A stretch of 64,000 bases of DNA from Macrostomum lignano (Eukaryota), in the NCBI GenBank assembly GCA_002269645.1, contig NIVC01000132.1, forward strand, positions 387,028 to 451,027, given 5' to 3'. This document shows, in pieces, positions 10,801 through 22,800 of this stretch. The position numbers were made by a program, and so were the translations under genes. The notes beneath the pieces are model-generated. The model worked only from the letters and a program-made list of their open reading frames with translations, was not told the DNA's origin and searched no databases. Position 1 is the stretch's first letter, and each line of letters begins with the position of its first letter.

Positions 10801-13800
10801 TGCTGAGCAGCGCGATGAGTCCATTGGTGCAGAAGTCGACGACATAAAGAACTTGGTGAAGCACCTCGACCAGGACGTCGATGAGGTCCGGATCGAGTAC
10901 GAGGACCAACAGATTTCGATGGAATTGCCGGAGCCCATCATCCACGAGCCTCGCCGCTACGGGCACTCGTTTGATCGCGATAGTCAAATTTCCAAGGAGA
11001 GCGATCGATCCTGGCAGTCAGACGATCTCCTGCATCATATTAGGGACGCACCCGTCGACGAAAGAAACGAGAGTAGGTCGATAGATCTGGCTGAGCCAAA
11101 GTCATCAAAAATAGTAAAACGCTTGTCTTTGGGAAGTGCAGAGTTTCCGCCCATCGAATCAAAAGTAAGGCTGCGACACACATCTGGTGAGAGCTCGGCA
11201 AAGAGAGAAAAACCTCAGACGAGACCCCACAGTGTAAGTGTGACTGGAACGCACGACGATAAAAGTCAGAGCTCTGGTTCTCAAAGCTCGATGCCACTCG
11301 AGTCATCATACCCACCAAAGCACAAAAAGAACGTGTTCGGAAAGTTCCTGGGTGTTTTTAAGCGACACAGAGGATCGTATAATGTCTCCGACTTGGACAC
11401 AGCTGGAAACGCGGAAAACGAGGCGAGCTTCCGTAGGAAGCAATCAAGTCAACTAGCACAGAGAAATGACAGCGAGACTAACGAAACACAAGTGCCGTCA
11501 ATGTCAAGAGACCCAGATACAGTTAGTCAAACCAAAAGTAGCGAACAGGACAACCAGGAGCAAGTCGGAAGTAGCAGTGCAGCAACAAAAGAAGCTTTGA
11601 CACAGGATCAGCAACTATCAATCGAAATTTCGGAGCCTTCGATCCGAGAGCTTCGTCACGAAAGCCAGTCAGCCGATCTCGCTGAAGAGACCGAGGAAAG
11701 CGTGCTTGCTCGAAAGCTGCAGCAGGGTACTGATGCTGAGCAGCGCGATGAGTCCATTGGAGCAGAAGTCGACGACATAAAGAGCTTGGTGATGCACCTC
11801 GACCAGGACGTCGATGAGGTCCGGATCGAGTACGAGGACCAACAGGTTTCGATGGAATTGCCGGAGCCTCCGATCCGAGAGCTTCGTCACGAAAGCCAGT
11901 CAGCCGATCTCGCTGAAGAGACCGAGGAAAGCGTGCTTGCTCGAAAGCTGCAGCAGGGTACTGATGCTGAGCAGCGCGATGAGTCCATTGGAGCAGAAGT
12001 CGACGACATAAATAGCTTGGTGATGCACCTCGACCAGGACGTCGATGAGGTCCGAATCGAGTACGAGGACCAACAGATTTCGATGGAATTGCCGGAGCCT
12101 CCGATCCGAGAGCTTCGTCACGAAAGCCAGTCAGCCGATCTCGCTGAAGAGACCGAGGAAAGCGTGCTTGCTCGAAAGCTGCAGCAGGGTACTGATGCTG
12201 AGCAGCGCGATGAGTCCATTGGTGCAGAAGTCGACGACATAAAGAACTTGGTGAAGCACCTCGACCAGGACGTCGATGAGGTCCGGATCGAGTACGAGGA
12301 CCAACAGATTTCGATGGAATTGCCGGAGCCCATCATCCACGAGCCTCGCCGCTACGGGCACTCGTTTGATCGCGATAGTCAAATTTCCAAGGAGAGCGAT
12401 CGATCCTGGCAGTCAGACGATCTCCTGCATCATATTAGGGACGCACCCGTCGACGAAAGAAACGAGAGTAGGTCGATAGATCTGGCTGAGCCAAAGTCAT
12501 CAAAAATAGTAAAACGCTTGTCTTTGGGAAGTGCAGAGTTTCCGCCCATCGAATCAAAAGTAAGGCTGCGACACACATCTGGTGAGAGCTCGGCAAAGAG
12601 AGAAAAACCTCAGACGAGACCCCACAGTGTAAGTGTGACTGGAACGCACGACGATAAAAGTCAGAGCTCTGGTTCTCAAAGCTCGATGCCACTCGAGTCA
12701 TCATACCCACCAAAGCACAAAAAGAACGTGTTCGGAAAGTTCCTGGGTGTTTTTAAGCGACACAGAGGATCGTATAATGTCTCCGACTTGGACACAGCTG
12801 GAAACGCGGAAAACGAGGCGAGCTTCCGTAGGAAGCAATCAAGTCAACTAGCACAGAGAAATGACAGCGAGACTAACGAAACACAAGTGCCGTCAATGTC
12901 AAGAGACCCAGATACAGTTAGTCAAACCAAAAGTAGCGAACAGGACAACCAGGAGCAAGTCGGAAGTAGCAGTGCAGCAACAAAAGAAGCTTCGACACAG
13001 GATCAGCAACTGTCAATCGAAATTTCGGAGCCTTCGATCCGAGAGCTTCGTCACGAAAGCCAGTCAGCCGATCTCGCTGAAGAGACCGAGGAAAGCGTGC
13101 TTGCTCGAAAGCTGCAGCAGGGTACTGATGCTGAGCAGCGCGATGAGTCCATTGGAGCAGAAGTCGACGACATAAAGAGCTTGGTGATGCACCTCGACCA
13201 GGACGTCGATGAGGTCCGGATCGAGTACGAGGACCAACAGGTTTCGATGGAATTGCCGGAGCCTCCGATCCGAGAGCTTCGTCACGAAAGCCAGTCAGCC
13301 GATCTCGCTGAAGAGACCGAGGAAAGCGTGCTTGCTCGAAAGCTGCAGCAGGGTACTGATGCTGAGCAGCGCGATGAGTCCATTGGAGCAGAAGTCGACG
13401 ACATAAATAGCTTGGTGATGCACCTCGACCAGGACGTCGATGAGGTCCGAATCGAGTACGAGGACCAACAGATTTCGATGGAATTGCCGGAGCCTCCGAT
13501 CCGAGAGCTTCGTCACGAAAGCCAGTCAGCCGATCTCGCTGAAGAGACCGAGGAAAGCGTGCTTGCTCGAAAGCTGCAGCAGGGTACTGATGCTGAGCAG
13601 CGCGATGAGTCCATTGGTGCAGAAGTCGACGACATAAAGAACTTGGTGAAGCACCTCGACCAGGACGTCGATGAGGTCCGGATCGAGTACGAGGACCAAC
13701 AGATTTCGATGGAATTGCCGGAGCCCATCATCCACGAGCCTCGCCGCTACGGGCACTCGTTTGATCGCGATAGTCAAATTTCCAAGGAGAGCGATCGATC

Positions 13801-16800
13801 CTGGCAGTCAGACGATCTCCTGCATCATATTAGGGACGCACCCGTCGACGAAAGAAACGAGAGTAGGTCGATAGATCTGGCTGAGCCAAAGTCATCAAAA
13901 ATAGTAAAACGCTTGTCTTTGGGAAGTGCAGAGTTTCCGCCCATCGAATCAAAAGTAAGGCTGCGACACACATCTGGTGAGAGCTCGGCAAAGAGAGAAA
14001 AACCTCAGACGAGACCCCACAGTGTAAGTGTGACTGGAACGCACGACGATAAAAGTCAGAGCTCTGGTTCTCAAAGCTCGATGCCACTCGAGTCATCATA
14101 CCCACCAAAGCACAAAAAGAACGTGTTCGGAAAGTTCCTGGGTGTTTTTAAGCGACACAGAGGATCGTATAATGTCTCCGACTTGGACACAGCTGGAAAC
14201 GCGGAAAACGAGGCGAGCTTCCGTAGGAAGCAATCAAGTCAACTAGCACAGAGAAATGACAGCGAGACTAACGAAACACAAGTGCCGTCAATGTCAAGAG
14301 ACCCAGATACAGTTAGTCAAACCAAAAGTAGCGAACAGGACAACCAGGAGCAAGTCGGAAGTAGCAGTGCAGCAACAAAAGAAGCTTCGACACAGGATCA
14401 GCAACTATCAATCGAAATTTCGGAGCCTTCGATCCGAGAGCTTCGTCACGAAAGCCAGTCAGCCGATCTCGCTGAAGAGACCGAGGAAAGCGTGCTTGCT
14501 CGAAAGCTGCAGCAGGGTACTGATGCTGAGCAGCGCGATGAGTCCATTGGAGCAGAAGTCGACGACATAAAGAGCTTGGTGATGCACCTCGACCAGGACG
14601 TCGATGAGGTCCGGATCGAGTACGAGGACCAACAGGTTTCGATGGAATTGCCGGAGCCTCCGATCCGAGAGCTTCGTCACGAAAGCCAGTCAGCCGATCT
14701 CGCTGAAGAGACCGAGGAAAGCGTGCTTGCTCGAAAGCTGCAGCAGGGTACTGATGCTGAGCAGCGCGATGAGTCCATTGGAGCAGAAGTCGACGACATA
14801 AATAGCTTGGTGATGCACCTCGACCAGGACGTCGATGAGGTCCGAATCGAGTACGAGGACCAACAGATTTCGATGGAATTGCCGGAGCCTCCGATCCGAG
14901 AGCTTCGTCACGAAAGCCAGTCAGCCGATCTCGCTGAAGAGACCGAGGAAAGCGTGCTTGCTCGAAAGCTGCAGCAGGGTACTGATGCTGAGCAGCGCGA
15001 TGAGTCCATTGGTGCAGAAGTCGACGACATAAAGAACTTGGTGAAGCACCTCGACCAGGACGTCGATGAGGTCCGGATCGAGTACGAGGACCAACAGATT
15101 TCGATGGAATTGCCGGAGCCCATCATCCACGAGCCTCGCCGCTACGGGCACTCGTTTGATCGCGATAGTCAAATTTCCAAGGAGAGCGATCGATCCTGGC
15201 AGTCAGACGATCTCCTGCATCATATTAGGGACGCACCCGTCGACGAAAGAAACGAGAGTAGGTCGATAGATCTGGCTGAGCCAAAGTCATCAAAAATAGT
15301 AAAACGCTTGTCTTTGGGAAGTGCAGAGTTTCCGCCCATCGAATCAAAAGTAAGGCTGCGACACACATCTGGTGAGAGCTCGGCAAAGAGAGAAAAACCT
15401 CAGACGAGACCCCACAGTGTAAGTGTGACTGGAACGCACGACGATAAAAGTCAGAGCTCTGGTTCTCAAAGCTCGATGCCACTCGAGTCATCATACCCAC
15501 CAAAGCACAAAAAGAACGTGTTCGGAAAGTTCCTGGGTGTTTTTAAGCGACACAGAGGATCGTATAATGTCTCCGACTTGGACACAGCTGGAAACGCGGA
15601 AAACGAGGCGAGCTTCCGTAGGAAGCAATCAAGTCAACTAGCACAGAGAAATGACAGCGAGACTAACGAAACACAAGTGCCGTCAATGTCAAGAGACCCA
15701 GATACAGTTAGTCAAACCAAAAGTAGCGAACAGGACAACCAGGAGCAAGTCGGAAGTAGCAGTGCAGCAACAAAAGAAGCTTCGACACAGGATCAGCAAC
15801 TGTCAATCGAAATTTCGGAGCCTTCGATCCGAGAGCTTCGTCACGAAAGCCAGTCAGCCGATCTCGCTGAAGAGACCGAGGAAAGCGTGCTTGCTCGAAA
15901 GCTGCAGCAGGGTACTGATGCTGAGCAGCGCGATGAGTCCATTGGAGCAGAAGTCGACGACATAAAGAGCTTGGTGATGCACCTCGACCAGGACGTCGAT
16001 GAGGTCCGGATCGAGTACGAGGACCAACAGGTTTCGATGGAATTGCCGGAGCCTCCGATCCGAGAGCTTCGTCACGAAAGCCAGTCAGCCGATCTCGCTG
16101 AAGAGACCGAGGAAAGCGTGCTTGCTCGAAAGCTGCAGCAGGGTACTGATGCTGAGCAGCGCGATGAGTCCATTGGAGCAGAAGTCGACGACATAAATAG
16201 CTTGGTGATGCACCTCGACCAGGACGTCGATGAGGTCCGAATCGAGTACGAGGACCAACAGATTTCGATGGAATTGCCGGAGCCTCCGATCCGAGAGCTT
16301 CGTCACGAAAGCCAGTCAGCCGATCTCGCTGAAGAGACCGAGGAAAGCGTGCTTGCTCGAAAGCTGCAGCAGGGTACTGATGCTGAGCAGCGCGATGAGT
16401 CCATTGGTGCAGAAGTCGACGACATAAAGAACTTGGTGAAGCACCTCGACCAGGACGTCGATGAGGTCCGGATCGAGTACGAGGACCAACAGATTTCGAT
16501 GGAATTGCCGGAGCCCATCATCCACGAGCCTCGCCGCTACGGGCACTCGTTTGATCGCGATAGTCAAATTTCCAAGGAGAGCGATCGATCCTGGCAGTCA
16601 GACGATCTCCTGCATCATATTAGGGACGCACCCGTCGACGAAAGAAACGAGAGTAGGTCGATAGATCTGGCTGAGCCAAAGTCATCAAAAATAGTAAAAC
16701 GCTTGTCTTTGGGAAGTGCAGAGTTTCCGCCCATCGAATCAAAAGTAAGGCTGCGACACACATCTGGTGAGAGCTCGGCAAAGAGAGAAAAACCTCAGAC

Positions 16801-19800
16801 GAGACCCCACAGTGTAAGTGTGACTGGAACGCACGACGATAAAAGTCAGAGCTCTGGTTCTCAAAGCTCGATGCCACTCGAGTCATCATACCCACCAAAG
16901 CACAAAAAGAACGTGTTCGGAAAGTTCCTGGGTGTTTTTAAGCGACACAGAGGATCGTATAATGTCTCCGACTTGGACACAGCTGGAAACGCGGAAAACG
17001 AGGCGAGCTTCCGTAGGAAGCAATCAAGTCAACTAGCACAGAGAAATGACAGCGAGACTAACGAAACACAAGTGCCGTCAATGTCAAGAGACCCAGATAC
17101 AGTTAGTCAAACCAAAAGTAGCGAACAGGACAACCAGGAGCAAGTCGGAAGTAGCAGTGCAGCAACAAAAGAAGCTTCGACACAGGATCAGCAACTGTCA
17201 ATCGAAATTTCGGAGCCTTCGATCCGAGAGCTTCGTCACGAAAGCCAGTCAGCCGATCTCGCTGAAGAGACCGAGGAAAGCGTGCTTGCTCGAAAGCTGC
17301 AGCAGGGTACTGATGCTGAGCAGCGCGATGAGTCCATTGGAGCAGAAGTCGACGACATAAAGAGCTTGGTGATGCACCTCGACCAGGACGTCGATGAGGT
17401 CCGGATCGAGTACGAGGACCAACAGGTTTCGATGGAATTGCCGGAGCCTCCGATCCGAGAGCTTCGTCACGAAAGCCAGTCAGCCGATCTCGCTGAAGAG
17501 ACCGAGGAAAGCGTGCTTGCTCGAAAGCTGCAGCAGGGTACTGATGCTGAGCAGCGCGATGAGTCCATTGGAGCAGAAGTCGACGACATAAATAGCTTGG
17601 TGATGCACCTCGACCAGGACGTCGATGAGGTCCGAATCGAGTACGAGGACCAACAGATTTCGATGGAATTGCCGGAGCCTCCGATCCGAGAGCTTCGTCA
17701 CGAAAGCCAGTCAGCCGATCTCGCTGAAGAGACCGAGGAAAGCGTGCTTGCTCGAAAGCTGCAGCAGGGTACTGATGCTGAGCAGCGCGATGAGTCCATT
17801 GGTGCAGAAGTCGACGACATAAAGAACTTGGTGAAGCACCTCGACCAGGACGTCGATGAGGTCCGGATCGAGTACGAGGACCAACAGATTTCGATGGAAT
17901 TGCCGGAGCCCATCATCCACGAGCCTCGCCGCTACGGGCACTCGTTTGATCGCGATAGTCAAATTTCCAAGGAGAGCGATCGATCCTGGCAGTCAGACGA
18001 TCTCCTGCATCATATTAGGGACGCACCCGTCGACGAAAGAAACGAGAGTAGGTCGATAGATCTGGCTGAGCCAAAGTCATCAAAAATAGTAAAACGCTTG
18101 TCTTTGGGAAGTGCAGAGTTTCCGCCCATCGAATCAAAAGTAAGGCTGCGACACACATCTGGTGAGAGCTCGGCAAAGAGAGAAAAACCTCAGACGAGAC
18201 CCCACAGTGTAAGTGTGACTGGAACGCACGACGATAAAAGTCAGAGCTCTGGTTCTCAAAGCTCGATGCCACTCGAGTCATCATACCCACCAAAGCACAA
18301 AAAGAACGTGTTCGGAAAGTTCCTGGGTGTTTTTAAGCGACACAGAGGATCGTATAATGTCTCCGACTTGGACACAGCTGGAAACGCGGAAAACGAGGCG
18401 AGCTTCCGTAGGAAGCAATCAAGTCAACTAGCACAGAGAAATGACAGCGAGACTAACGAAACACAAGTGCCGTCAATGTCAAGAGACCCAGATACAGTTA
18501 GTCAAACCAAAAGTAGCGAACAGGACAACCAGGAGCAAGTCGGAAGTAGCAGTGCAGCAACAAAAGAAGCTTCGACACAGGATCAGCAACTGTCAATCGA
18601 AATTTCGGAGCCTTCGATCCGAGAGCTTCGTCACGAAAGCCAGTCAGCCGATCTCGCTGAAGAGACCGAGGAAAGCGTGCTTGCTCGAAAGCTGCAGCAG
18701 GGTACTGATGCTGAGCAGCGCGATGAGTCCATTGGAGCAGAAGTCGACGACATAAAGAGCTTGGTGATGCACCTCGACCAGGACGTCGATGAGGTCCGGA
18801 TCGAGTACGAGGACCAACAGGTTTCGATGGAATTGCCGGAGCCTCCGATCCGAGAGCTTCGTCACGAAAGCCAGTCAGCCGATCTCGCTGAAGAGACCGA
18901 GGAAAGCGTGCTTGCTCGAAAGCTGCAGCAGGGTACTGATGCTGAGCAGCGCGATGAGTCCATTGGAGCAGAAGTCGACGACATAAATAGCTTGGTGATG
19001 CACCTCGACCAGGACGTCGATGAGGTCCGAATCGAGTACGAGGACCAACAGATTTCGATGGAATTGCCGGAGCCTCCGATCCGAGAGCTTCGTCACGAAA
19101 GCCAGTCAGCCGATCTCGCTGAAGAGACCGAGGAAAGCGTGCTTGCTCGAAAGCTGCAGCAGGGTACTGATGCTGAGCAGCGCGATGAGTCCATTGGTGC
19201 AGAAGTCGACGACATAAAGAACTTGGTGAAGCACCTCGACCAGGACGTCGATGAGGTCCGGATCGAGTACGAGGACCAACAGATTTCGATGGAATTGCCG
19301 GAGCCCATCATCCACGAGCCTCGCCGCTACGGGCACTCGTTTGATCGCGATAGTCAAATTTCCAAGGAGAGCGATCGATCCTGGCAGTCAGACGATCTCC
19401 TGCATCATATTAGGGACGCACCCGTCGACGAAAGAAACGAGAGTAGGTCGATAGATCTGGCTGAGCCAAAGTCATCAAAAATAGTAAAACGCTTGTCTTT
19501 GGGAAGTGCAGAGTTTCCGCCCATCGAATCAAAAGTAAGGCTGCGACACACATCTGGTGAGAGCTCGGCAAAGAGAGAAAAACCTCAGACGAGACCCCAC
19601 AGTGTAAGTGTGACTGGAACGCACGACGATAAAAGTCAGAGCTCTGGTTCTCAAAGCTCGATGCCACTCGAGTCATCATACCCACCAAAGCACAAAAAGA
19701 ACGTGTTCGGAAAGTTCCTGGGTGTTTTTAAGCGACACAGAGGATCGTATAATGTCTCCGACTTGGACACAGCTGGAAACGCGGAAAACGAGGCGAGCTT

Positions 19801-22800
19801 CCGTAGGAAGCAATCAAGTCAACTAGCACAGAGAAATGACAGCGAGACTAACGAAACACAAGTGCCGTCAATGTCAAGAGACCCAGATACAGTTAGTCAA
19901 ACCAAAAGTAGCGAACAGGACAACCAGGAGCAAGTCGGAAGTAGCAGTGCAGCAACAAAAGAAGCTTCGACACAGGATCAGCAACTGTCAATCGAAATTT
20001 CGGAGCCTTCGATCCGAGAGCTTCGTCACGAAAGCCAGTCAGCCGATCTCGCTGAAGAGACCGAGGAAAGCGTGCTTGCTCGAAAGCTGCAGCAGGGTAC
20101 TGATGCTGAGCAGCGCGATGAGTCCATTGGAGCAGAAGTCGACGACATAAAGAGCTTGGTGATGCACCTCGACCAGGACGTCGATGAGGTCCGGATCGAG
20201 TACGAGGACCAACAGGTTTCGATGGAATTGCCGGAGCCTCCGATCCGAGAGCTTCGTCACGAAAGCCAGTCAGCCGATCTCGCTGAAGAGACCGAGGAAA
20301 GCGTGCTTGCTCGAAAGCTGCAGCAGGGTACTGATGCTGAGCAGCGCGATGAGTCCATTGGAGCAGAAGTCGACGACATAAATAGCTTGGTGATGCACCT
20401 CGACCAGGACGTCGATGAGGTCCGAATCGAGTACGAGGACCAACAGATTTCGATGGAATTGCCGGAGCCTCCGATCCGAGAGCTTCGTCACGAAAGCCAG
20501 TCAGCCGATCTCGCTGAAGAGACCGAGGAAAGCGTGCTTGCTCGAAAGCTGCAGCAGGGTACTGATGCTGAGCAGCGCGATGAGTCCATTGGTGCAGAAG
20601 TCGACGACATAAAGAACTTGGTGAAGCACCTCGACCAGGACGTCGATGAGGTCCGGATCGAGTACGAGGACCAACAGATTTCGATGGAATTGCCGGAGCC
20701 CATCATCCACGAGCCTCGCCGCTACGGGCACTCGTTTGATCGCGATAGTCAAATTTCCAAGGAGAGCGATCGATCCTGGCAGTCAGACGATCTCCTGCAT
20801 CATATTAGGGACGCACCCGTCGACGAAAGAAACGAGAGTAGGTCGATAGATCTGGCTGAGCCAAAGTCATCAAAAATAGTAAAACGCTTGTCTTTGGGAA
20901 GTGCAGAGTTTCCGCCCATCGAATCAAAAGTAAGGCTGCGACACACATCTGGTGAGAGCTCGGCAAAGAGAGAAAAACCTCAGACGAGACCCCACAGTGT
21001 AAGTGTGACTGGAACGCACGACGATAAAAGTCAGAGCTCTGGTTCTCAAAGCTCGATGCCACTCGAGTCATCATACCCACCAAAGCACAAAAAGAACGTG
21101 TTCGGAAAGTTCCTGGGTGTTTTTAAGCGACACAGAGGATCGTATAATGTCTCCGACTTGGACACAGCTGGAAACGCGGAAAACGAGGCGAGCTTCCGTA
21201 GGAAGCAATCAAGTCAACTAGCACAGAGAAATGACAGCGAGACTAACGAAACACAAGTGCCGTCAATGTCAAGAGACCCAGATACAGTTAGTCAAACCAA
21301 AAGTAGCGAACAGGACAACCAGGAGCAAGTCGGAAGTAGCAGTGCAGCAACAAAAGAAGCTTCGACACAGGATCAGCAACTATCAATCGAAATTTCGGAG
21401 CCTTCGATCCGAGAGCTTCGTCACGAAAGCCAGTCAGCCGATCTCGCTGAAGAGACCGAGGAAAGCGTGCTTGCTCGAAAGCTGCAGCAGGGTACTGATG
21501 CTGAGCAGCGCGATGAGTCCATTGGAGCAGAAGTCGACGACATAAAGAGCTTGGTGATGCACCTCGACCAGGACGTCGATGAGGTCCGGATCGAGTACGA
21601 GGACCAACAGGTTTCGATGGAATTGCCGGAGCCTCCGATCCGAGAGCTTCGTCACGAAAGCCAGTCAGCCGATCTCGCTGAAGAGACCGAGGAAAGCGTG
21701 CTTGCTCGAAAGCTGCAGCAGGGTACTGATGCTGAGCAGCGCGATGAGTCCATTGGAGCAGAAGTCGACGACATAAATAGCTTGGTGATGCACCTCGACC
21801 AGGACGTCGATGAGGTCCGAATCGAGTACGAGGACCAACAGATTTCGATGGAATTGCCGGAGCCTCCGATCCGAGAGCTTCGTCACGAAAGCCAGTCAGC
21901 CGATCTCGCTGAAGAGACCGAGGAAAGCGTGCTTGCTCGAAAGCTGCAGCAGGGTACTGATGCTGAGCAGCGCGATGAGTCCATTGGTGCAGAAGTCGAC
22001 GACATAAAGAACTTGGTGAAGCACCTCGACCAGGACGTCGATGAGGTCCGGATCGAGTACGAGGACCAACAGATTTCGATGGAATTGCCGGAGCCCATCA
22101 TCCACGAGCCTCGCCGCTACGGGCACTCGTTTGATCGCGATAGTCAAATTTCCAAGGAGAGCGATCGATCCTGGCAGTCAGACGATCTCCTGCATCATAT
22201 TAGGGACGCACCCGTCGACGAAAGAAACGAGAGTAGGTCGATAGATCTGGCTGAGCCAAAGTCATCAAAAATAGTAAAACGCTTGTCTTTGGGAAGTGCA
22301 GAGTTTCCGCCCATCGAATCAAAAGTAAGGCTGCGACACACATCTGGTGAGAGCTCGGCAAAGAGAGAAAAACCTCAGACGAGACCCCACAGTGTAAGTG
22401 TGACTGGAACGCACGACGATAAAAGTCAGAGCTCTGGTTCTCAAAGCTCGATGCCACTCGAGTCATCATACCCACCAAAGCACAAAAAGAACGTGTTCGG
22501 AAAGTTCCTGGGTGTTTTTAAGCGACACAGAGGATCGTATAATGTCTCCGACTTGGACACAGCTGGAAACGCGGAAAACGAGGCGAGCTTCCGTAGGAAG
22601 CAATCAAGTCAACTAGCACAGAGAAATGACAGCGAGACTAACGAAACACAAGTGCCGTCAATGTCAAGAGACCCAGATACAGTTAGTCAAACCAAAAGTA
22701 GCGAACAGGACAACCAGGAGCAAGTCGGAAGTAGCAGTGCAGCAACAAAAGAAGCTTCGACACAGGATCAGCAACTATCAATCGAAATTTCGGAGCCTTC

